Origin: Nemertoderma westbladi
Lineage: Eukaryota > Animalia > Xenacoelomorpha
DNA length: 57,997 bases
Direction: 5' to 3'
NCBI GenBank assembly: GCA_032718475.1
Contig: JAUCBJ010007595.1
Coordinates: 1 to 57,997 of the forward strand
The notes under the pieces are model-generated. The model was not told the DNA's origin. It did not search any database and saw nothing but the letters and a program-made list of their open reading frames with translations. Each line of letters begins with the position of its first letter. Position 1 is the stretch's first letter. Shown one piece after another: positions 1 to 9,486 of the stretch. The position numbers and the translations under genes are program-made.

Positions 1-516
1 CCCGATTTATCCGATGTGGTATTTAGTCCACGCGTCCCCGCCGTGTATAAGAGTGAAATAAAGATAACTGAGTTCTGAAGTTCGGTGTATAATAATAGGT
101 TATAGGATATAGATATATTGTGAATTATACGGTAGGCGGGATACGGTAACTAAAGTCCCGTGATCCCCTAACTAAACTAATTGGCTGTACCCTACGCTAG
201 CACTGCTGCACTGAGATAACTGAATCACTGATTAATAGGTTATTGGTTATATTGCACGGTGGCCTTACTGCTACTCAATCGATGCCATTCCCCCCTCTGA
301 TTGGTTAATACCCTTGTTGGCGCCCCGTGGAGTATTCCCGTTCACTCCACCTGTTCTCCTTGGGTTAGGGGTTTGGCCCCTGACCCTCTATTGTGTGCTT
401 CCTTCCCACTCTTATTGGGATGGCACGAGTTGGTTAATTGCCCAATCTCGTGGCTCCCAATATTGCTTATCGGCTTACAACTTTATGGGGTGTTGGCGGG
501 ATTGAATAAGCTAACA
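1..516 (-). repeat. 3' LTR (last ~22 bp lie outside the window)
   Basis: Matches 13662-14177 with about 4 substitutions seen by eye; begins TGTTAGC at 516 on the minus strand. Confidence 0.95.
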
Positions 517-525
517 CTCCCCCCC
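517..525 (-). other. Polypurine tract (PPT)
   Basis: Minus-strand GGGGGGGAG directly abuts the TG of the 3' LTR. Confidence 0.85.
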
Positions 526-1227
526 ATGCTATCTTCCCGGTAAGAAGATAGCATCAACCAAAAAAAGTGCGTTACAATCCCGCTGGATCCCGATCTAGTA
601 TCGGGTGTGGGGTGGAATTCTTTTCTCTAGGAGCCGGCTTTCCAGGCCGCCCCCTATGGGTATGATAACGCTACCCTGTGTGCCTGGCGTCTCATGTCGG
701 GCCGATCGCGCTCACCTCTTCACGCGATTTTTGTTTCCCCAACATTTTCGCCCTATCTCACCTCTCACTCTCACCCTAACTCTCTCATACCCCCGGACCT
801 CCTCGTCCCTCACTCAGCCTCTTATTCTCCCCCCCCCCCACACTAGAATTGCGTTCGCACTCTCTCCGCACTTCGCACTCTTATTCCGATTCTCAACTCC
901 ACTTTGACTGTTTTATCTCTCCTGACGAACCTCCCCCCCCTCTCGTGCCGTCGCACTCAAGAAGCGTGAAATTGTCAGTTGTCTCGTCCATAGTGCCATA
1001 GTCAATTGTCCCCCAGTCCCAGTAGCTAATTGAGAAAGGTTGTATGACTATAGTACTTACTCCAAACGTATGTATTTTACTGCTAATCACTACGTACGTA
1101 CATACAAATTGCACTTATATGTTATTTGCATTAATTAAATTTATACTTAATAGTTCGTACGTTACATGCGGCGCCTTCCAGGCGCACCACTTCCCAGTCT
1201 CAGTCTCATTCCCTCGTCTCCGGGAAC

Positions 1228-3762
1228 TTATCTGTTCCTCCTCACGTCCTCTTCCCTGGCCCGTTTCTTGGTTATCACCGCTCCTCTGGCATCATCCGCT
1301 TTCTGCTTCCGGACCTTCGCTGCCACTTCCTTGCTGATCCCGGTCGTCGGCTCCTTGGGCGCTGGTGTTATTAAAGCCCGATACCGCTTCGCCGGTGGCC
1401 CCTCAGAATGGCCTGGTTGTTTCCCTCGTGTGGCGTCCCATAGGATCATCTTCATTGCCTTTGGTACGTGTTCCGCCAAGAAATCCCTAAACTCCCTCCG
1501 GTTCTCTGGTGTCCACCTGTCCAGGTACCGTTGCGTGTTCATAACTCCGGCGAACGATGCCGCCGTAGCTACCTCTTGATAGGTAAACGGTAACCTTCGC
1601 TTTATGATTTCCATGTGGGTCTCCTGGTTTATGAGGAAGAAACCCCACTTGAACTCTTGGGCCTTCATGCGCTGGCGCGTCATGGCCCCGACGTCGGCCC
1701 ACTCCTCGAACCTCGTGAACTTCTCCTCGTCGCTCATCCAGTCGCACTCGCGTCCGTAGTGTCCCCGAAAGTGGCACTTTGGACATCGGTTATGCAACCG
1801 TGGACACGCCCCCATCCTGTGACTTGGTTCTCTACAGTAGAGACAAAAGGTTCCCCGTTGGAACCGGTATAGGCAGCTGCTTTCCTGATGGGTCTGTCTC
1901 CCACAGTAGTCGCAGCCGAGTACCAATGTCTCCCGTCCCACCTCGTCCTTCGTCCCAAGCGATCTCCGCGGTCTATGGAGTCGCTGGTAGGCAAACTTCT
2001 CCACGTTGCTCTCCCTGTTTACGTCGATCTCTCCGCCCCTCTCGGGCATCGTCTCCCCGAATACTATCCGTGGTGCCGTCCCCGGTTGCTCGCCCAACCT
2101 GATGGTGCTCCCCGCGAAATCCATCGCCGGCCCCTCGTGCACCCAGGTCCGCTTGCCGGATCTGTTCCAGAAGGCCCTCGCCCCACTGGCCGTCACCACC
2201 CTTCCGCCAACCCAGTCCGTGTCCGAGTGGCCTATCCTTTCGATGGGCGGCATCTCTCCGAACTCGTCGTCGTCGTCCTCCTCTTCTGGTAGTGTCTCCA
2301 ATCCCGGTATCCCGATGGATCCACTATGTCCCTTCCCGCCTTGGCTCTCGCCCGTAGCTCTCCATCCCTCTAGCTCCCTTAACTTCCTTGGCGGTTGGTC
2401 GCCCTCGGCGCCCGCTGGTATGGGCATCGCGTGCAACCCCGACGTCGACTGTTTCGGCGATCCCACCGTCCATCCCAATTCTCGTCCTAGAGACTCCCCC
2501 GAACTCCCTGACGAAGTCCAATGAAGCTCGTCTAGACCCGCCTGTTCCTCGAAGCCATAACTCTGTGTCCTGGCCTCCTCTTCCCTCTCCTCTGCTTCTA
2601 TCCTCTCCCGTCTAGCGACTTCTTCCAGTCGCTTTGCTTCCCGTCTATCCATCTCTAGCTGCTCCCATCTCTGATACGGTGTATCCGTCTCCCCATCTAC
2701 CAGATGTCGGCTGTTGTAGTACACCGACTCGCCCTTCAGCCCCGGGTGGTCTACCAGACCGTCAAAGGCCGTCTTAAAGGCTCTCCTGTAGCTTAGGGGT
2801 GATCCCGATAACAGAAATGCCCCTGGTTCCCTTTCGATAACTACGGTCATGAATAAGTTAAGCAAACTTATCATCATCCAGTCCTCCTGCAGGATATATC
2901 GCTTCTGATATACCTTTATCGCTCCTCTGCGAAACTGATATACCTCCTGCTTTCCCGGTCTCGCTCCCCACTTCAGCGAGTTCGCTAGTTCTGCTCCGTA
3001 TTCTTCCCTAAACTTCCCCCAATCCATTGGTTTGTGGCATACGAGCCCCAATAATTGGCCCATCGCCACCGCCCCGCATTGGCCTGAGTTCTCGACCACC
3101 CCCAATCCATCCGGTGCCGTCATAGCCATAAAGACTTTCTGCATATCCAGGAGGTTGGTGGCGTCCGGACCGATGATCCTCTCCGCGTCCTCGCGAATCG
3201 CCGATCCCACTTTCGTCGTCGACTTCTCTCTTACTAAGACTTGTACCGCTTTCGGCAGTCGGTCTAATTTCGGCCCGTCCTTCTTCCCATACGTCCCTAG
3301 GTCGAATAAGAAGATGTCCCCATTTGGCGCTGCCAAATGCAAGAGTATGGTCCTGGCCGACCCTGCCGTTCCTCGTCTCGAACCCGCTTCGTCTTCCACG
3401 GTTCCCTCGTCATCTAGGATCATATATCCTCCTCTGTTGACGGACTCTATGAATCTTTTCCAGTCCTTCCTCGGCGATTCCCTCGGATACTTCGGAATCC
3501 CGAACTTCGCTTCGTCCCCTTTCACCACGTAGTGGAAGTGTTGGAAGATCGCGTTGTCCAGCGACGGCGTCCCGTAGGTCCCGACCAACCGCTGTTCGTG
3601 CGCCTCCCGGAAGTGATCCTGCAGCGCTCGTGCCGCGTGACCCCTTTCCAACCTCTCGTAGTATCCTCTCGTCTTCTCCTCCGGGTGTCTTTCGGTGAAA
3701 TCCACCAATATTTCTTTTCCTCCTGACTCCGCCTTTCTCTTCCTGATCAGCTTACTCGCCAT
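1228..3762 (-). CDS. Retrotransposon extra ORF: DEDDy 3'-5' exonuclease-like domain plus three CCHC zinc knuckles (844 aa from first ATG)
   Basis: Uninterrupted ORF inside the LTRs. ExoI ILDDEG (~3414), then LLHLAAP..IFLFDL..LPKAVQVLV, ExoII KVGSAIRED (~3187-3213), LLDMQ, and ExoIII-like QKRYILQED (~2881-2907). Three CX2CX4HX4C motifs at 1744-1914. The ORF track starts at GTG 3771; the first ATG is at 3762. Confidence 0.8.
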   Translation of the reverse strand: MASKLIRKRKAESGGKEILVDFTERHPEEKTRGYYERLERGHAARALQDHFREAHEQRLVGTYGTPSLDNAIFQHFHYVVKGDEAKFGIPKYPRESPRKDWKRFIESVNRGGYMILDDEGTVEDEAGSRRGTAGSARTILLHLAAPNGDIFLFDLGTYGKKDGPKLDRLPKAVQVLVREKSTTKVGSAIREDAERIIGPDATNLLDMQKVFMAMTAPDGLGVVENSGQCGAVAMGQLLGLVCHKPMDWGKFREEYGAELANSLKWGARPGKQEVYQFRRGAIKVYQKRYILQEDWMMISLLNLFMTVVIEREPGAFLLSGSPLSYRRAFKTAFDGLVDHPGLKGESVYYNSRHLVDGETDTPYQRWEQLEMDRREAKRLEEVARRERIEAEEREEEARTQSYGFEEQAGLDELHWTSSGSSGESLGRELGWTVGSPKQSTSGLHAMPIPAGAEGDQPPRKLRELEGWRATGESQGGKGHSGSIGIPGLETLPEEEDDDDEFGEMPPIERIGHSDTDWVGGRVVTASGARAFWNRSGKRTWVHEGPAMDFAGSTIRLGEQPGTAPRIVFGETMPERGGEIDVNRESNVEKFAYQRLHRPRRSLGTKDEVGRETLVLGCDYCGRQTHQESSCLYRFQRGTFCLYCREPSHRMGACPRLHNRCPKCHFRGHYGRECDWMSDEEKFTRFEEWADVGAMTRQRMKAQEFKWGFFLINQETHMEIIKRRLPFTYQEVATAASFAGVMNTQRYLDRWTPENRREFRDFLAEHVPKAMKMILWDATRGKQPGHSEGPPAKRYRALITPAPKEPTTGISKEVAAKVRKQKADDARGAVITKKRAREEDVRRNR

Positions 3763-4264
3763 TCCGAACACTACACTCGCTCACCTGTAGGGTGGTGCCT
3801 TACCAAGGCGCAATACAGATGAGTGATGTATTAAGATGTTTCGTACAGTTCGATAATGGCCTACTTTTCTACTTAACTGCGCCTTTCAAGCTTAATTTAA
3901 TCTAATTAATTTCGGAGCTAGTAAATCAGCCTAATTTACAATTTCCGTCCGTTACTTTTATTATGTTCTAGAACGACTTTCCTTGTGTTACCACTATTTT
4001 TCGATTTTTAGCCCTATTCTATTTATTTATTTATTTTGCTTTGATTCTACTGTCCTACTACTTACTACTGCCTATGGATTTATTCTATTCTCTCTCTGAT
4101 CCATTTTCTGGCCTACTCAGTGGGCCTATGCAGTACAGCAGTATGCGTCGTGTGGCCACACGATTTATCCAGCTGCACTCATATGCCCCCCTCTCTCTAC
4201 TAACTCTACTTACTGCTAACTAATATCTATATCCTATTTACCCCTTTTACCTCTTACTCTCTCT

Positions 4265-4995
4265 CTCTAACTAATGGTACTACGTACCCTCTAACTCTAA
4301 CTCTGACTAGGTACCACGTACCTACTAACTCTAACTCTAACTAGGTACTACGTACCTACTAACTCTAACTAACTATTGGTACTACGTACCCTCTAACTCT
4401 AACTCTAACTAGGTACTACGTACCTACTAACTCTCTAACTATCGGTACTACGTACCCTCTAACTCTAACTAACTATTGGTAATACGTACCCTCTAACTCT
4501 CTTACTATCGGTACTACGTACCCTCTAACTCTAACTCTAACTAGGTACTACGTACCTACTAACTCTCTAACTGTCGGTACTACGTACCTACTAACTAACT
4601 CTAGGTACTACGTACCTACTAACTCTCTAACTATCGGTACTACGTACCCTCTAACTCTAACTCTAACTAGGTACTACGTACCTACTAACTCTCTTACTAT
4701 CGGTACTACGTACCTACTAACTCTAACTCTAACTAGGTACTACGTACCCACTAACTCTCTTACTATCGGTACTACGTACCCTCTAACTCTAACTCTAACT
4801 AGGTACTACGTACCTACTAACTCTCTAACTATCGGTACTACGTACCCTCTAACTCTAACTAACTATTGGTACCACGTACCCTCTAACTCTCTAACTATCG
4901 GTACTACGTACCTACTAACTAACTAACTCTAGGTACTACGTACCTACTAACTAACTAACTCTAGGTACTACGTACCTACTAACTAACTAACTATT
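4265..4995. repeat. Tandem array of ~22 units (28-34 bp), each with a GGTAC-TAC-GTACC palindromic core
   Basis: Core (TA)GGTACTACGTACC(TA) recurs from ~4277 to ~4976, separated by variable CTAACT/CTCT linkers; lies between pol and the extra ORF. Confidence 0.9.
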
Positions 4996-5100
4996 ATTTT
5001 TATTTTATTTTATTTTATTTGTGTGGGAAGGGCGTCTCGCCCTCAATCCCACCCCCCTCAGTCCAAAACTTGGACGACTAAACTCCACACTAACTCCGCT

Positions 5101-7749
5101 CTAAGGTGCTCCTTCTAAGAGACAGCATTTACCTACCGCTCTCCTGTAGGTTTTTCTGTCCTTCGCACCTATCTTTCCACCTATCCGCACTTCTACCGAT
5201 CGGACTCTTCCGTCCTCGTCGGAGTAGGTGCCTACAACTCTCGCCAACCGCCATTGGTTGTTGATGATAGTATCATCCGTGACGATTACGAGATCTCCCT
5301 CTCTCAACTCCCTGTTTGGCTTCCTCCACTTGCTTCGCTTATGGAGCGTGGGTAGGTATTCTTCTACCCACCTCCTCCAATACTCTGCGCTTATTGCTTT
5401 AGCGACTTTCCAACTTTGGCGGGAGTGTATGTCATCTGGGTCTACACCCCGCATATCGATGGTCGCTGGCCTTTCCATCAGAAAATGGCTAGGCGTCAGC
5501 ACGTCTAACGACTCAGGGTCATCATTCTCCGGATATAGCGGTCTGCTATTAATGATCCCCTCGCACTTCGCAAGTACCGTCCGTAAGACGTCTTCAGTGA
5601 CCATGTGGGTGTTCATCAGCTTCGTCATTAGACGTTTTGAACTGCCCACCAGTCTTTCGATGCATCCTAGTGTATGTGGTGCATACGGCGTCCGTCTCTC
5701 CCACTTTACTTGTCGTCTCCTCATGGCCGCCCTGACTTCTTCTCCCTCCAAGATGTCTAAGGCCTCTGCCATCTCACTCTCTGCGCCCACAAAGTTGGTG
5801 CCGTTGTCGCTATATATCACTGCGATCGTCCCACCTTTGCGGTCCCTAAACCTTTCTAAGGCGTTAATGAACGCTGATGCGGTTGCATCTTGGGCGAGTT
5901 CTATCCCTACCGCCCGCGTATTGTTGCATACGAAGATAATACCGTAGCGTTTCTCCGTGTGTCGCATCACTTTGATCTTTATCGGCCCGAACATGTCCAC
6001 ACCGCAATGCGTAAATGGCGGGTCGTGCTGTCTTACCCTACTCGCCGGTAGTGGCGCCATTTCCTGTACGGCTCGTTCCTTCTTCGCTCGTCGGCAGGTC
6101 TGGCACTGCCCCACTACCGCTTTAACCTTCTTCCTTAATTGTTTGACCCAATAGGTCCTTCTTATCTCTGTGAGGGTTCGGTTGGTGCCCCCATGCAATA
6201 TCGATTTATGGGAGTCCCATATAATCTGGTGGACTATTGGCGATCCTGTGGGAATGATGATGGGTTTCGGTGGCACGACTATACTGTTGTTATATCCCAC
6301 CCTAGAATTCATTACTAGAATCCCATCGTCGTTTAGTTGTGGCGACAGCGTTATCAACTCGCTATCCCGTCGGAGGTGCTGTTGGTTACCGACGCGTTCC
6401 ACCTCGTCGCCGTAGTTCTTGCGTTGTTCATAGCGGATCACTGCCTTGGCCGCTCCTTCCAGATCTATGGTTGTCCTGGTCTTCTTGTCCTTGCCGACTC
6501 CCGCAAGGAAATTCCCAAAGGCTCTCCAGTACGCCACTAGTTTCTTGGTCTTATACCAACTAGAACTGTAGCTGAGGAGTTTATCCGTCGGGTTATCGCA
6601 CAGCTCCCTTCCTGGTTGCACGTCCCTAATCTCCCTCACCATCTGGGAGTATATCTCTTCTCCCTCCGAATCTCCCTCTTCTCCTTCTGATACTACTTCC
6701 GAGCCCGGGTCCACCTTCCTCATCGGCGGCCAGGCCTCCCTATCGCTCAGAAATTGTGGCCCATGTTGCCACAATACTTCCTTCTTCAGGAAAGTGTGGC
6801 GTTCCACGCCCCTCGACAGCAAGTCCGCTGGGTTCTCATCTGTTGGGCAGTAGTGCCACCTTTCCAGTTCTGTGCTCGCCCTTATTTCGTCCACTCTATT
6901 CGCGACGAATATCGGGTATCTCGTCTTTTCGTTGTGTAGCCAACCAAGCACTACCATGGAGTCCGTCCAGTAGTGTGTCTCCACTATGTTGGGAATTGTA
7001 TCCACTAGGTAGGCTGTGGCTCTAACTCCTAGTCTCGCAGCTGTCAATTCTAACTTGGGAACAGATGCTGAATCTGGCGGCGTTGACTTAGCTTTGCTAA
7101 AGGCTAGTCTGGGCTTGTGAGCCCCCTCTCGTTGTACTAAATAGAGTGCCGCTCCGTATGCCTCTAACGACGCGTCGGAGAACATATGTAGGTCCAGATT
7201 CGTCATGTTCCCGTCCGGAAAATACACTCGCGGCATGTTGTATGTTCCCATCCTCTCCAAGTCTCCTGTCCATTTGCTCCACTGTTTCTTGATGTCCTCT
7301 GGTACCTCTACATCCCACTCATCCTTCAATTTATATACTCTCTTGAGTATCTGTTTCCCCGTGACTAGTAATGGGGATGCTAGGCCTAGGGGATCGTATA
7401 TCCTTGCTATATACGATACATAACCCCTCTTCGTATGGGTGTCTGCGCCCTCTTGGCTCAGCTGATACTTCAGTTCGTCTGTTCCTCTATCCCACACGAT
7501 TCCCAATGCCTTTTGCTGCGATTGTGTTCTCTTATTCGCCATGTCCTGTCCTTTGGCTGTTGTAGGGTTATCCATGGTCGATCCTGGTTTCTTGTCTTCT
7601 ATTTCCTTGATAAATTCTTCTGAACTGGATTGGAATTTGGTCAGGTTGAAGCCGGATCCTTTCAGGATGTCGCGAACCTCGCGCCCTGTTTCCAGTATCT
7701 CCTCAACCGTATTTCCAGACTCCATACCGTCGTCTACGTAGAAGCCGCG
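5101..7749 (-). CDS. pol: pol C-terminal part: RT YVDD/thumb, Pao RNase H, integrase (HHCC, DDE), DUF5641-like tail
   Basis: RGFYVDDGMES read after the TGA (YVDD at 7729-7740); FSDAS; H..ILHGG...CQTC; GVDMFGP, YSDNGTNFVGA, IERLVG. Confidence 0.9.
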   Translation of the reverse strand, partial: RGFYVDDGMESGNTVEEILETGREVRDILKGSGFNLTKFQSSSEEFIKEIEDKKPGSTMDNPTTAKGQDMANKRTQSQQKALGIVWDRGTDELKYQLSQEGADTHTKRGYVSYIARIYDPLGLASPLLVTGKQILKRVYKLKDEWDVEVPEDIKKQWSKWTGDLERMGTYNMPRVYFPDGNMTNLDLHMFSDASLEAYGAALYLVQREGAHKPRLAFSKAKSTPPDSASVPKLELTAARLGVRATAYLVDTIPNIVETHYWTDSMVVLGWLHNEKTRYPIFVANRVDEIRASTELERWHYCPTDENPADLLSRGVERHTFLKKEVLWQHGPQFLSDREAWPPMRKVDPGSEVVSEGEEGDSEGEEIYSQMVREIRDVQPGRELCDNPTDKLLSYSSSWYKTKKLVAYWRAFGNFLAGVGKDKKTRTTIDLEGAAKAVIRYEQRKNYGDEVERVGNQQHLRRDSELITLSPQLNDDGILVMNSRVGYNNSIVVPPKPIIIPTGSPIVHQIIWDSHKSILHGGTNRTLTEIRRTYWVKQLRKKVKAVVGQCQTCRRAKKERAVQEMAPLPASRVRQHDPPFTHCGVDMFGPIKIKVMRHTEKRYGIIFVCNNTRAVGIELAQDATASAFINALERFRDRKGGTIAVIYSDNGTNFVGAESEMAEALDILEGEEVRAAMRRRQVKWERRTPYAPHTLGCIERLVGSSKRLMTKLMNTHMVTEDVLRTVLAKCEGIINSRPLYPENDDPESLDVLTPSHFLMERPATIDMRGVDPDDIHSRQSWKVAKAISAEYWRRWVEEYLPTLHKRSKWRKPNRELREGDLVIVTDDTIINNQWRLARVVGTYSDEDGRVRSVEVRIGGKIGAKDRKTYRRAVGKCCLLEGAP

Positions 7750-9486
7750 TCAGATCATATCGACGGCCCTACTGCTGTATCTATCTTCCTTCCCCTTTAC
7801 CGTGTCTCTCACTGCCATAGTCGTCGTAAATGAGGACGACTTGGCCCCCATATTTTGTACTACCATCTTATACACTGGTATTACCGGCGGTTCTTCTTCG
7901 CCGTTATACCATAAGAAGCGTTGACTATCGCTATCTTCCTCTGTTACTCGGACTTGGTTGAACATGCCTTCTATGTCACACGTGAAGGCGTGTTTCCCAT
8001 TCCGAAACCTAAGTAACACCTCTATGCCCGAATTGTAAATATTTGGGCCTTCCAACAGGTAATCGTTTAAGCATTTTCCGTCGGTCTTTGCCGATGCATC
8101 GACTACCATCCTCAGTTTACCTTTCTTTGGGTCTAATGCTACGTGGAGTGGCAGGTAGTATGTCCTGTCCGTATTCGGCTCGTCGACCGGTAACTCCACG
8201 GCCCATCCTTTCTCGACGTACTTCTTAATGGTTTTGTGAATGTACTCGTTCTTCTCGGGGCTCCGTTGTAGTGTTTGTTTCAGCTTGCGGAGTCTCGTGA
8301 GTACCATCCCTCTATTATCGGGTAGCGGTATCTTCGGTAGTTTCCATACCATTCCTATTGTATACCGCCCCTCATCACACGTCATCGATTCCTCCACACT
8401 TTGTAGAGCCTGCTTGTCTTCTACCGAGGTCCCGACCCCTGTATCTTTCAGTCCCTCGAAGTCTTGTCTGAGCAGTCTTTTAAGCTGCTCCTCTGCTCCC
8501 TCGTCACCCATTTCCTGCATTGTTCCCGCGAACATGCATCCTGATGTCTCCGACATCCTGAATGGTATCTTGCTCTTAATTGGACCACTCAGCGTCCACC
8601 CGAATGGCGTTAATATGGCCACCGGGTCGCTCTGCTTGTCTTCGCCGAAGACTGTTTGCATTCTCTCGTGGGCCGTTGGGCAGTCCATGCCTACTATGAT
8701 GGATACCTTCCTAACGTCCACGTCTGGGATTGAGAAGTCAATGTTGTCCAGGAATTTGTATTGCTCGACCTCGATGTTGGTTGGCCGCCTGGCATTGATG
8801 TTAATTGACTCTATTACTTGGATGGGGTCGATGGTTGCCCCATAATCGCATCCTGGTGCCACTGCTGCAATTGCGCACCGTCCTGTCCTCATCTCTAGGA
8901 TCTCGTCTTTGCTAGAGATGGTTGTCACCGCCATCCTGCTTGGCCTCGTTCTCAACCCTATTTCTTCGGCTACCCATTCCTCAACTAATGTGAAGGCAGC
9001 TCCACTATCAACCAGCATTAGTGTTGTTACTGATCGATTGCCTTCCCCGATCACTCGTACTGGTACTACTCCAAGTAGCACTGTTCCTCCCTTCTTCGCC
9101 CCTATTGTGCTCGTTGCCATCGTCTGGCCTCTCCTTTGGCCAAACTTGACCGGCTTCTCTTGGCATTCCCTGGCCTTGTGTCCACTCTTCACACATCGCG
9201 AGCAGATTTTATTGCTCGACGCGTAATCTATCTGGTCTTGCCTCGGTAGCGCCTGCCAGTACCTGTAATTCATAGTTTTATGAAGCGCATTTGCGTGTAG
9301 CTGGCATTTGCTCTTTGGGTCGTAGCCCTCTTTATACAATGCATTGCGTATCGCAGTTATATTCGTACCAAAGTCCCTACTATTTTTATTGACTGGGTTT
9401 GGCCTACTGGACGTACTGGGGTTATGTTTATTCATGTTGTTATTGTTCCCCTGTCCGTCCCTTGATGTTGTCTTATCTTCGTTTGT
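7750..9486 (-). CDS. pol: Gag zinc knuckle, aspartic protease and RT N-terminal part
   Basis: CSRCVKSGHKAREC; LVDSGAAFTLV and IIVGMD; TPFGWTLSG; YYLPLH..KLRMVVDAS..CLNDYLLEGP..CDIEGMFNQV..QRFLW. Confidence 0.9.
   Translation of the reverse strand, partial: TNEDKTTSRDGQGNNNNMNKHNPSTSSRPNPVNKNSRDFGTNITAIRNALYKEGYDPKSKCQLHANALHKTMNYRYWQALPRQDQIDYASSNKICSRCVKSGHKARECQEKPVKFGQRRGQTMATSTIGAKKGGTVLLGVVPVRVIGEGNRSVTTLMLVDSGAAFTLVEEWVAEEIGLRTRPSRMAVTTISSKDEILEMRTGRCAIAAVAPGCDYGATIDPIQVIESININARRPTNIEVEQYKFLDNIDFSIPDVDVRKVSIIVGMDCPTAHERMQTVFGEDKQSDPVAILTPFGWTLSGPIKSKIPFRMSETSGCMFAGTMQEMGDEGAEEQLKRLLRQDFEGLKDTGVGTSVEDKQALQSVEESMTCDEGRYTIGMVWKLPKIPLPDNRGMVLTRLRKLKQTLQRSPEKNEYIHKTIKKYVEKGWAVELPVDEPNTDRTYYLPLHVALDPKKGKLRMVVDASAKTDGKCLNDYLLEGPNIYNSGIEVLLRFRNGKHAFTCDIEGMFNQVRVTEEDSDSQRFLWYNGEEEPPVIPVYKMVVQNMGAKSSSFTTTMAVRDTVKGKEDRYSSRAVDMI

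Noticed and set aside
1228-3762. Extra ORF as env or as a nested gag
   Set aside because: No signal peptide, fusion or TM anchor pattern, no capsid motif, and no internal LTR or TSD around it.
4265-4995. CRISPR-like array (palindromic repeats at regular spacing)
   Set aside because: The linkers are short, low-complexity and repeated rather than unique spacers; there are no cas genes and the context is a eukaryotic retrotransposon.
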